NCBI GenBank assembly: GCA_026026165.1
Contig: JAPEUD010000065.1
Span: forward strand, 62,001 to 126,000
DNA: 64,000 nucleotides
Reading direction: 5' to 3'
DNA from: Sarea resinae
Lineage: Eukaryota
Position 1 is the first letter of the stretch. Every line of letters starts with the position of its first letter. The position numbers were made by a program, and so were the translations under genes. Positions 51,820 to 62,918 of the stretch are shown one piece after another. The notes under the pieces were generated by a model, which saw only the letters and a program-made list of their open reading frames with translations, had not been told where the DNA came from and did no database searches.

Positions 51820-51832
51820 GCTAGGCTTGTGA

Positions 51833-53150
51833 TGTGTGTGTGTGTGTGTGTGCGTATGTGTCAGGGAACCGGGGAACCGGGAAGCTGGGGAAGCTGGGGA
51901 TGTGGGGGTCGGGGGCAGGGGTAACAGCGGCGTATGGCGTTCCACTTAATCGACCTTTTTGCTTTTCCCCTTTTCACTTCCCACCTACCGCGCAACGTCT
52001 TCCGCCTTTTGCCTCATGGCACAATGCATTAGGCACAAGGCATGTAGGAAAACCAAAGCGAAGAGACCAAAAGCGAGTCCAGGATTAGGGGCAGGGGAAG
52101 GGGCACTACGGGGATATCACCATTATCATCACCGTCACCATCACCATCATCACCGTTACAATCACCACCAAACCTCTCTCAACCAGTAGTTCTCCTCTCC
52201 TTCTCCCTCTCCAACCCCCCTACCCGTACGCGTACCCGCTTCCCATGATCTCTTCCCTACCCACCTCACCTATCCTGTCCTCTCTCTCTCTCTCGCCTCT
52301 CCCCGTCCGGTGTCGTGCGCTCAGTGATGTAGACTAAATGAACTAAAGACTCGTCTGGAGATCCTGGTTACTGTCACTACCACTGTCACTGCCACCGCCA
52401 TTCGTCTCTTAGAATTAATGTTTTCCCTTGATTTTCTAGATCTCGTTGATTGATTGATTGATTGAGCGAGCAAACAAGACTTAACTCCAACCCCCCACCC
52501 CACCCCCCTTACCCGGCCACCGTGCCACCAGACCAACCAGCCCAGACCAGACCAGACCAGACCAGACCAGACCACCCCTAGCGCCTGGTACGGAAATGTC
52601 ACGAAAAGACAGACGAAAGAAGAGAGAGACAGGAAAAATAGACCTAACGCGCCGAAGACGGACAGACAGACAGACAGACAGAGGGACCTCCAGATTACAG
52701 ATTACAGATTACGCCCCCGGGGGTACGGGAGAAGGACGCCTACGCCTTCCTTCCTTCCTTCCTTCCTTCCTTCCTTCCTTCCTTCCTTTTGGCTTTGCTT
52801 CTTTCCTTGCTGGTTCTTCTCTGTGTTCTGAGAGGGCGCGCGTGTGTGTACGCGAGTGAGAAAGTTGGAAAGTAGGAAAGTGAGTGAGTGAAGGAAAGTA
52901 AGTAAGTAGGACAAGGCAAGGCAAGGCAAGGCAAGGCAAGGTACACAGAAAGGGAGATGAATTGGAAAAATCGTGGGGATCGGAGCGGATGGCATAGCAT
53001 AGCATAGCATAGCATAGCATAGCATAGGAGACGCCAGCGGATGACGCGCGCGAGGTAGGACGGGAAATCGGGAACAGGGAACAATTGGCTCTGAGAAGTA
53101 GGGGTTGAGGAACGTTGAAATTTGAAAAAATCTCCCTCTCTCTCTCTCTC
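51833..53150. repeat. Dense microsatellite cluster between convergent genes
   Basis: (GT)n ~51833, (CAY)n ~52118, (GATT)n ~52448, (CAGAC)n ~52542, (GACA)n ~52661, (CCTT)n ~52745, (GGCAA)n ~52913, (GCATA)n ~52992, (CT)n ~53135. Confidence 0.95.
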
Positions 53151-53153
53151 CAC

Positions 53154-54503
53154 CTAGTTCGCCTTGCCCTTCAACAAGTTCATCAGACTCTTCTTCTTGC
53201 CCATCTTCTTCTTCTTCTTCTTGTCGCCGTTGGCGTGATCGCTGTTCATGTGGACGCGGTCCTCGAACTCAAAGTCGTCCGACTCCCTGCTGTCGTCGCC
53301 GAGGCCCATCGGGATCGGAGGCGGCCGGAACGGATTCGTGATCGGCGACGAGCCGGACGAGTCGCGGTCCTTGTCTTTGCCCCTGGACGCCGGCCGCATC
53401 GACATGGACATGGGCGTCGTCGGCGTCGTGGCCGTCGTCGGCGATGCCATGCTGCTGGCCTTGGACTTTTTCTTCTTCAACACCTTGGAGATGCTCTTGC
53501 GTAGGCGCGGGTGGTGATGATGATGATGTGCTCCGTTAGTGTTGTTGCTACCAGCCGCCTCGTTCGCCTTGGCCCTCTCGGCCGCTTCGATGTGGCCCAG
53601 CACCGTCGTGCCGGCGCGCGCCAGGTTCTCTTCGGCCAGCGCCTGGAAGTGGATGATGCTGCGGTCCGGGCTGCAGGTGAAGTACTTGGACAGGAAATCG
53701 GTCAGCAGCGCCGCGTTGCGTTTGTTGGTCGTCGGCTGCACCTCGGACGGCAGCGCCGTGATGGTCAGCACGTAGGCTTTCTCGAACACGCCGCCGAGGA
53801 TCAGGCATGACGAGTGGTGGAATGTGATCATGATTGAGGACTCGGCGCGGCGATAGCGCTGCGCGAGATACGAGGAGAACTGCGTCATGAAGTTGAATTC
53901 ATCCGTGACCTGGAACGAGACATGAGCCGGGGTTAGTATCGGGATGGGTGTGCATGCGTGCGTGTTCACTCGCGAACAAGATGATAGTTGGTGATATGAT
54001 GAGATGAGACGGGATGAGAGAAGATGGGATGAGACGAGACGGGACCAGAGAGCGTGAAGAAAAGATGAAGAAGAACAACTGTGTACCGAACTCACTAAGA
54101 TGTTGGTATGCATCTCGACCGTGACGATCGAGTCCTGATGAGCCTGTTCGCGCATCGGAGAAGGGTGTTGGCGGTCGGCGAACAGCTCGCCGTAGAACTT
54201 ATGGCGGGACTTGGACAGCTCCTTCTCGGCGTCCGACGGGACGGTCGTGGGCGAGCCATCGCTGACGCCGGTGCCCCGGTCGAGCTCCCGCATGATGCCC
54301 TTGGAGTCGATGAGGTCGGGGAGGTCGGGCACCCGCGTCGTGGTGCGCTCGAGGGACGAGTCTTCTGCTTCGCGGCCATCGAGGGAGTTGGCCGACTGGG
54401 ACGGGTAGGACTCGCGCTGCTCGAACTCGGCGCCTGTGAGCATGAGGCCTGCACGGCGGGGGAATTGATCGGGGTCTTCTGCGCTCACGGTGCTTGAGGC
54501 CAT
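53154..54503 (-). CDS. Tautomerase/MIF-superfamily domain protein
   Basis: VEMHTNIL-VTDEFNFMTQFSSYLAQRYRRAESSIMIT...AYVLTITALPSEVQPTTNKRNAALL...IHF. Intron 53910-54095. Confidence 0.8.
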   Translation of the reverse strand: MASSTVSAEDPDQFPRRAGLMLTGAEFEQRESYPSQSANSLDGREAEDSSLERTTTRVPDLPDLIDSKGIMRELDRGTGVSDGSPTTVPSDAEKELSKSRHKFYGELFADRQHPSPMREQAHQDSIVTVEMHTNILVSSVHSCSSSSFLHALWSRLVSSHLLSSRLISSYHQLSSCSRVNTHACTPIPILTPAHVSFQVTDEFNFMTQFSSYLAQRYRRAESSIMITFHHSSCLILGGVFEKAYVLTITALPSEVQPTTNKRNAALLTDFLSKYFTCSPDRSIIHFQALAEENLARAGTTVLGHIEAAERAKANEAAGSNNTNGAHHHHHHPRLRKSISKVLKKKKSKASSMASPTTATTPTTPMSMSMRPASRGKDKDRDSSGSSPITNPFRPPPIPMGLGDDSRESDDFEFEDRVHMNSDHANGDKKKKKKMGKKKSLMNLLKGKAN

Positions 54504-56614
54504 GATGGTGATCTTTTGGTGTTGATACGGTCGTAGACTGTGCCCCTTGCTGTGGTCGAGGTCAACTACGGGGATGAGAAGTGAGAGAGCCGTCCAACTG
54601 CTCAACGATGCTGCACGACGCGTCGTGAGTCAAGTAGGAGTCGCGCACCGGGTACGCGGTGCAGAGAAGAAGAGAGAGAGAGAGCTAAGATGAGTGGGTG
54701 AATTCCAAAGTGCAGGAAAAGGACACGATATCACAGGGCAGATAGAACGGCTGATGGTCATCAGTTGAGGAATGCACCACATTCCAGCATGGTTTTGTCC
54801 TCAACGGGGACAAGACGCAGAGATAACGGATTTCAACGGCCAGAGGAAGCCTCCTCGCACATCCATAGCAAGGGATGGCAAGCGATGGCGAGCTGGCTGG
54901 CCGGCTGGCCGGCTGGGCCTCCTTGTGGAGGATATACAGGACGGATTAATGGCCGATGGACATGGAGTCGAGGAAACGGCGCTTGTCTCGAAAGAAACGA
55001 TATCGGCGCGACTATGCATACAGAGGATTCGTACGAAATACACGCAAGAGACACGCAAGAGCATTGGTACTCGCAAAGCCTTACAGGATCTCTCCGTTAG
55101 GTCTGCGGCACCGAGAGGCGAACAGCGCCTTTGTACGACCGCGTCGAGGTCGCGGGCAGATGGCCTTGGCCACAAGAGACAAGCCGATCCGGGTGTCACG
55201 AAGGGGAGGGCAGAAGAGAATCGATGCAGGAGTGCCCGTCTCATCTCAATCATCTCAGTCATCCCATCTCATTTCGCTTCATCGCCATCCCATCTCATCT
55301 CTGCTCCCTCTGCTCGTTTCCCCTCAGACCGTCGCAATCGGAGTGGCATATGCAGACTGCGCTCTGAAGCCGCAGACCTTTCAATTCCATGCTTCAGGAT
55401 CGGAGACGGCAATTGGTAGAAGCCCGCTGTCGGGCCAGCTGCGGCAGTACCTTGATCAACCGGAATCTGCGAGGTGCTGATAAGGCGCTGCACGGATGGT
55501 GACACCAAGGATCAATTGATGTTTCTTCAAGATGATATCTTCGGATCTACTACATCGTATGTAGGTACAGGATCAAGGCTCTGCTCTGCTGCGGTTTAGC
55601 TTCCAGTCGTACGTTAGGGTGCAGTACGACTGCGCAGTATGTAGCTCGCGATGGCTGATGGCTTGCATGGAGAAGCCCCTTGAAGGCCCCGTCGATCGAC
55701 TCTCAGCTGCGTACTCGTAATATTATTTAATGAGTAGCTCTCGCCTATTCCCTCCTCGCCGTACCGTCGCATGCGCAAATCGACGGTCAAGGCAGCCGAG
55801 TCACCAGAGTGTTCGACGCCCTTCACGCACAACCTCGAAGAGTGGCCTCTCTCTCAGATCTCAGAGAATTCCTTTTGAAACAGTCGGCATGGCGGGCATC
55901 CCAGCCGTCTATACTGCCAGATGGCAATCCGAAGCTCTCTCTCGATCGGGATCGAGATTGCATGTCAGCATTCAGTCACCCCCCCGTTCGACACGGCCGA
56001 GCACCCAAGGTAGGTACCTGCCTGCCGCTATCCGCGCGAAGTGACACGAGAAAACCTCCCCCCGCCCCAGCTTTACGGATGTATACCTACTTAACATGTG
56101 CAGGAATACGCCAAGCATGATTCGACGGCCTTCACGTTCCATTCGCGCCCGTCAGGCCGTTGGTTCCAAGTTGGTTGCAAACCCAACGACGCTGTTCGCC
56201 GGCTCGCTCGTGGACTTGCTTGCATTCGCTCGGGATGGAATGAAATCGATACATCACCATCCCTATCTGATGGACCGTCCTGACGTCAAAGAATGCAAAC
56301 CCTCGGCGCTCCTGCTGCCATTCCAAAGAAGACCTGACCTCCAAGCCAACCAACCCAAGGTCCCAAGTTTCTTAGAGGGGCAGATGGGCCATGACGGTCC
56401 ATATGACGGTCCATGACGCTCACAATCGCCCTATTCCGCATCCTCAATTGAACGTGCTGTAGTATCCTACCGTAGGAATCAATATATATACGAAGCCAAG
56501 CTGCCAGACATGATTAACCTCGTAATCTAAATCCCTATTAGCTATTAAAGGTCTTGAATTTTGCCTGGAATAAATAATCTCTCAAACAAATACTCGGCCA
56601 AAACATCATTCATA

Positions 56615-57123
56615 ATGGACGGCGATAGTTCCGCAAAGACCTTGGACAAGGGCGCCAAGTCCGCCATGCTCGACAACGAATTCACCAGCGGCATCCACGA
56701 GGCCAGCAAGCCTGACGCCGTACGTCGCTCCTCTGATTTCTCCGTTCCCTCTAGACATTGATACCACTCAATCTTCCCGTATCTTGTCTCGGCTGACGGC
56801 GACTTCAGGAGCCTGCAGGCGAGAAGACCACTGGCACAGGCACGAGTGCATTTGATTCTTCTGGGGCCATCGGCTCGCAGTTTACCAGTACGTGTTTGAC
56901 CATTTCCATCACGCACTGCAGATCGTCGCAAGGAAATATATGATTGAGAGACTGACTTATGGTCACAGCCAAGGGAATGCTTGGCGGTGCCGCGCAGAAG
57001 GTCGGCGGGCCATTCGATCAACAGGGTGCGATTGGGAAGCAATTCACCGATCAAGGCGCACTCGGAGGCAAAGTCCAGGAGACTTTAGGAAAGGGAGAGA
57101 CCAATGCGTTTTCGAAGAAGTAA
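56615..57123 (+). CDS. Small (112 aa) Gly-rich hydrophilic protein with a duplicated GAIGxQFT motif
   Basis: Exons 56615-56719, 56809-56887 and 56969-57123; both introns GTACGT..CTGAC..CAG with matching phases. Product ...AFDSSGAIGSQFTTKGMLGGAAQKVGGPFDQQGAIGKQFTDQGALGGKVQ... Confidence 0.85.
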
Positions 57124-57361
57124 TGCCCAAAAACCTCTTTGAGATTTAGAGAATGTTCAAAAAAATATTTTTTGTTTGACATCCAACTCGCCTGTTTCAT
57201 TGCCGTAGATGTCTGTGCAGTTTCACAGTTTTCGTCACAATCAGCCCTCCTGATATTTATGGTATCATTCCAAATGAGAATCAAAGACCAATATGAACCA
57301 ACATCAATGGCTGCCAGCAGTCGCTCGTTACGCACCCCGTCATCCCATCCAACCGCTTCCA

Positions 57362-57772
57362 TTATCGTTCGACGATAGAGTCCACGCTTCCTCCGAGATA
57401 AGGCGAAAGCATCTTCTTCGTAACCTTCATGACCCTGCACGCTACCATATCAACCCCAGACTCCTGATGCGCCCTCAATCGATGACATCCCCCAAAGGCA
57501 AAGTAAAAGTCCTTGGCCTCCTTCTCGTCCGTCGCAGGTCGATGGTAGTGCAGCACATCCACGGGCGGCAATCCCGTGGGCGAGTCTCCTGCATCCTCGT
57601 TTTTCGGAGTCGCGGACTCATTCGGTGCGGATCCGTCTTCTGGTGACGAGTTTTGGAGCGTCGTGATCATCGAATTATATTTGCCTTCATCGAGGACGGG
57701 AGGGATGGGACGAAGGATCGAGGCCAGTGGAATGAGGGTAATGTTTCTGATCGAGGACGTCTGGACAGACAT
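57362..57772 (-). CDS. SRX1: Sulfiredoxin
   Basis: IPLASILRPIPPVLD, LPPVDVL and the signature FAFGGCHRL. Confidence 0.95.
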   Translation of the reverse strand: MSVQTSSIRNITLIPLASILRPIPPVLDEGKYNSMITTLQNSSPEDGSAPNESATPKNEDAGDSPTGLPPVDVLHYHRPATDEKEAKDFYFAFGGCHRLRAHQESGVDMVACRVMKVTKKMLSPYLGGSVDSIVER

Positions 57773-58289
57773 GGCGAATATATACGATGAAGTAGAGATG
57801 GTTTTGAAGGTTGTTAGTGAAAGAAAGAAAAGGCAGGACGACGACTATTGTATATATCAAAGCGTTTTGGCCAGATTCTCTGCAGATTTGTCGTGATTAC
57901 AAATGGGATCTTCAACAATGATGAAAGGGCTAGATCGAAGCCATGATGCCGAAAGGTACGACCAAGAACACTGGAGGTGTGCGAGATGTTAGAAATCAGT
58001 AAACTTCAGAGATAGAAATTATAGAGCACAACAAGACGTGTCAGGATGTTTGATGCTTTGCATCACAGATATCCAAACCTGAATCGAGAGATCATCGATG
58101 GTTAGGTTGTCCTGGTGTTCTAGACTCTCGGTCGATTTGAGTGGAAGAGATGCTTAGTCATCCATATTCACTGCGATCTCCAGCGAAAGCACCTCGGGCA
58201 CTCGCGCCGCGTAATTTCACGTCGCGAAGATTCCCGTCTCCCTCAAGGTTTTGGCTTGTGGCTTGATATTTGTGATATGATCCCCAAAC

Positions 58290-59350
58290 ATGGCATCGCT
58301 ACCAGAGGGGAACCCACCACTCGGCGAAGAAGAATACCATTCGTCAGAGGACGAAGACTTTAATCCTGAGCTCGCAGCCGCTCACGTCTCAGACAGCTCC
58401 GATGATGAGGACACTGCCCCCTCTGGCAAATCGTCCAAGCCGAAGAAGCGCAAGCCTACCACCGCCGCCGAAGACGAGGAGATTGATTTCGAAAACTCGG
58501 GCGATGAAGCTACGATACGGAAGGGAAGACGGAAGAAGCGGAAGAATGGCAACAAGGCCGACGAGGATGATGAGGAAGGTGGGGAGGGCGGGCTGATAAA
58601 AACCAGGGCCCAACGAGCAGTAGAGTATGCTTGATCTTATCTGGAGTAGTTACGGCGACTGACTCTTGCGTCCTCTCCAGAGAAAAAGAAAGAAAGCCAC
58701 TCGTAAGCGCAAGTGGTGCAACGGTCGACGTAGACGCCCTATGGGCCAGTATGACCACGAAAGCCCAACCTACCCGGTCAGATGAAGCCGCGAAGTCCTC
58801 CGGCAAACCCTCGAAAGAGTCCGAAGCCGAAAAGGAGGCCTCTAAAGAAAACCGATCGGCTCCAGACGACGAGCACAGTACAGGGGGTGGCACAAATGGA
58901 GTAGGCGTGAGGAAAGAAGCAGCAGCGAATGGCGAGGACATGATTACCATCAAACGCACATACGATTTCGCAGGCGAGACTATCACCGAAGAAAAGGTTG
59001 TTCCTAGATCTTCGGCAGAAGCTCGACTCTACCTCCAGTCTCAGCAGAATCCACCCTCGCAATCGAACAAGCCACCGCTTCGTCGACCAAAAAAGCGGGC
59101 GTCCATGTTTGAGCCCAACCCCAATGGTGTAGTGAAGGGTCTACCGCCAACCACCGCGCAACGAGGACCCAAGCTCAACACGATCGAGAAGTCGAAGCTT
59201 GATTGGGCCGGGTTTGTGGATAAGGAGGGTATTGCTGATGAGCTGGACGAGGCCAGTCGTGCGAAAGGAGGCTATCTTGGTCGGATGGATTTCCTGGCGC
59301 GTTCGGATTCGAAGAGAGAGGAGGAATTGAAAAAGGCAAAGCATAAGTGA
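58290..59350 (+). CDS. SWC5: SWR1 complex subunit Swc5 (BCNT domain)
   Basis: Acidic N-terminus EEYHSSEDEDFNP, ITIKRTYDFAGE, KLNTIEKSKLDWAGFVDKEGIADEL. Intron 58625-58680. Confidence 0.93.
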
Positions 59351-59486
59351 AAAACGGACGGAAAAGGTGCATTACGACTATTGTGTAGTAATTCCAACGC
59401 CGGGTATCAAAACATCTCAATCTGAGAAATCCGAATCTCCTGCATGGTAATCTATTCGCCATCATCTCTTCTCCAATGGCCGGGAC

Positions 59487-61554
59487 CTACTGCTCGGGTC
59501 GAATCACTTTCACCTTCCCAGACCAGCATCCATGGGAGCACAACGCGTTCGACTCAGCAAAAGCTGCTCGTTCACTTGCTTGTCGACATGCCGCACGATC
59601 TCTCGAGAGCGCGAAGACGACATCACGCTGCCCTAATCTCTCGGCATTAATTTTCGCTTCATCAAAAGCATTAATTACTGGCTTTGGGCCACCTGCTTGA
59701 TCTCTACGATCATTGGCGAAGAAGGAAAAGTCTCCTTCTAGCGATTCTCGGAAGGTGGCACCCGCTACTATGGGGTCGAAATCATCTTCCAGCATCTCGG
59801 CGTCGGCCAATTCCAGGTGCACTTCCTCTAACAAGTCGGTCGGAGGAGAACGATCATGCGGTCTTAAGGCTCTCCCATGGTGCTGTCGTCGGGAGAAGCC
59901 GTTGGATGATGAGTTTGTTGCCTTTTTGGCTTCGGCCTCGGCCTCGGCACAAACGTGAATGAACGTCTGCAATGCCTTGGATATGAATCCCTTCTCGCTC
60001 AGAGATGGCACACCCGTCAACACTAGCTTTCTGATGCGCATCAGCGGGCTCCAGTGGACATTTCCTCTTTCCACGAGAGGCAGGTCTTCCAAATTACCAG
60101 ACCAGGATGGCCAACCCGTGAGGCAATCGCGATAGCTTACTGGCGACGAGACTCGATCGAATAATGCCGCGTCTCCTGTGACGATGTGATGGCTTATCCT
60201 AAGATAGTGCAGATTGCTAAAGGCGTTGTGATTGGTGGTGACGAGTGACGAGAGTATCTCTTGCGCTGCTCTTCCTTCTTCGTTCTGCTGTGACGTGGAT
60301 TGAGAACCCCATGGTCCTCCTACTCCTGTCCGCTGCTGTTTACTTGAAGCAACTCTTCCACAATCTAGAACACGAAGACGACTCGTTGCGATTAGAGCTC
60401 CTATCCCTGTGACGGTAACCCTATTTTCTGAAATGTAAAGATTCCTGATCCCCACGTGTCTAGCACCGCAGTTGCTAGCGTGATTGTCGATGCCTGTCGT
60501 ACCTTGACTTATCCGGCTCATAATCACACTCTCTTTATCCTCGTCCTCGGCCTGAAACTCGCATTCGTACCTTCCAGATGTGCCCCCTACCCGCTCATTG
60601 CTGTCATTACCGCATACTTGTCCTCGCAGTGCACCTCCAAGAGCCTGTTGCCCATCACCTACTCTTTCCTGTCCATCATACCCGGGTAGTTCCCTATCCA
60701 TGTTCCCAGCCCCGTCTCCATATCCCGGCGGGCCAAAACAATAATCCAGCAATGCCCCTACGCCCCGATCGCCCACCTCATTCCCCCTGACATCCAAGCA
60801 CCAAATTCGAGTCCCTAATCCACTAGCCAAAATCTCAAGACCCTCGTTCCCGATCCCTACATGCGCGAGTTTTAGGACTCGCAGCGATGAGAGTGAAGCT
60901 ATTCGTGTGAGAACGGATTTGTTGCGCGCTGAGGGAGTTTGGCATAGCGAGAGGTACGTGAGGGTCGGGAGGCGTGATAGAAGATTTAGTAAGACCGCTG
61001 GAGGAGCGGAGGAGTGCGCTAGGTTCAGGAGATCGAGCGTGGGTAAGGAGGGGTAGTTTCTCTGGGAATCAGCGAGGTTGAGCTGGATGGTGGTAGGTGA
61101 TGGAATTGATAAGGCGCGTAGCTTCGGGAGGAGAGACAAAATTGTGAAGAGGGGGGCGATATCTTCATTTTGATCGAACGGATAGGGAGAGAAGGGAAGG
61201 CTAAGACAGTAGATGAGAGACCGAGTCGGTAGGGACGCTGTTTTCTCGAGTATGCGAAGGAAACGTAGGAATTTCTCTGTACTGATTAGATTTTTCTATC
61301 CTGCAATCTCCACAACGGCGTGAAATGGACTATCTACCATAAGCTCGACTTATTGCTACCTCTTCATCGTCCACAACGACAAAGAAGTAAGGATTCCTCC
61401 AAATCTGTGGCGCACACTGCTCGTATAGATGGCGTGAGACCAGGCATGAGGCAAGGAGATCAGGGGTGCTAAGATGAGGCACTATCAGCCGCCACGGGTC
61501 CTTGGAGGTTGCGAATTCATAGCTTGGTGGCGGAGATGGCGCAGGAGACGGCAT
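59487..61554 (-). CDS. F-box-like / leucine-rich repeat protein
   Basis: N-terminal LIVPHLSTPDLLASCLVSRHLY..IW; LxxLxL repeats (LRVLKLAHVGIG, IWCLDVRGNEVGD, NLYISENRVT). One intron near 61280-61340, boundary approximate. Confidence 0.75.
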
Positions 61555-62918
61555 CGCGATATTGCGCTTGCCATTGTTGGATTCGACTGAGCTGAGGCTG
61601 ATCTCAACCAGCTACTTTACCTTGCCTTCCATTCCATTGTTATCGATATCGACAGAGTAGTGACGTATTCGTACCTTAGTCATCTCTCAGACCCTTGACA
61701 GGCAGAATTCCTCACCGCTTCCGATGCTCTGGGGAGCAGACGACAGTTATCGCTACACTTCAATCAATCAATTCATGGCAAGCGGTATGCGGCTCAAGAG
61801 CTGATTATGTTCATTCTCACGGGCTATAGCTGCTCTGGCCATGGCTGGTGGACCAGTCAAAGCTCTCAACTCTCGACATTTGACTCTTTGACGCCCGAAG
61901 ACTGGATCATTCGTTCCTACCTAGGCATCAACTCCGATGACTGAATAGCTCTCTACAATGCCCTAATGTGAGAGGCTCCTCCTGTGTGCTGATTGGGTAA
62001 GCAACTTGCGGCGTTGCTGGCTCGCCTGTTGAGAGACAGACACACTCAAATCCTGTTACCTGGCATTATAAGCCAGCGACAAAGCCGTTGGAGTGTGAGC
62101 CGGCGAGCTCGAGATGGGTTCTCTATGGAGGTCAATATCGCGACTCATCCAGAAGCTGCACCAGGACCGGGCTCGATGCTTACCACAAAACTAACTGGAT
62201 AAACATGATCACTTCCCCTACTTGGTCATATTTCTATTGCAATTCACTCTCAATTTCTACCCTTGATTCATTCTGGGATGCCGTTCATGGCCCCTTCCTT
62301 TTGCGAGCGGGTGGGGACCATGGCTCGGGTGGGGTACTGCCTCGACCCCTTTCCCCATGCTCTTTCCTAAGATACTTCCCCAGATTCTGTCTGTCTCTAC
62401 CTATCTTTGTTGGTAGATTATTATCTTGAGATTTGGCGCTAAGCACCCGCCTTCTTTTGTATCCTTTCTTTCGTGCCTCTTCTCCGTCTTCCCGAGATAC
62501 TATTTTCACTAAAGAGGCATGCAGGCTAGCAAGATACTTTCTAAGCCGCTCATCTACTTTCGCGTTTTCTCTTGTGTTTACGAAACAGAACATTCGTAAG
62601 CACCTCAGTGGAGCCGCCCGAATGGGTTACAATTACGAGTCATCCCAAAGAGGGGGCCTCGTCAATGTCAGTCTCTCCAGAGCCACCCCCCTTTTGGGAC
62701 TACCAATGATCCAATACGTCAATAAGACGAATCCGGACGCGTCGAAGCGCATCATTTTAATCTCCACGCGCTACTCGAAGGCTTTAGTAAACAGTAAACA
62801 TTGACCACGGCGAAAGTAATTATATAAGCAGACCTACCTGGGAACCATACTCGATTATATACTTCATTTTGGACGAGGATGCTAGAGTCTTTTACAAACA
62901 ACACTCTACATCCCAAAG

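Noticed and set aside
52702..53153. ORFs containing MLCYAMLCYA, LPCLALPC and KEGRKEGR
   Set aside because: Translations of microsatellites.
62285..62593. 102-aa basic minus-strand ORF
   Set aside because: No supporting splice structure or motif; cannot be distinguished from chance.
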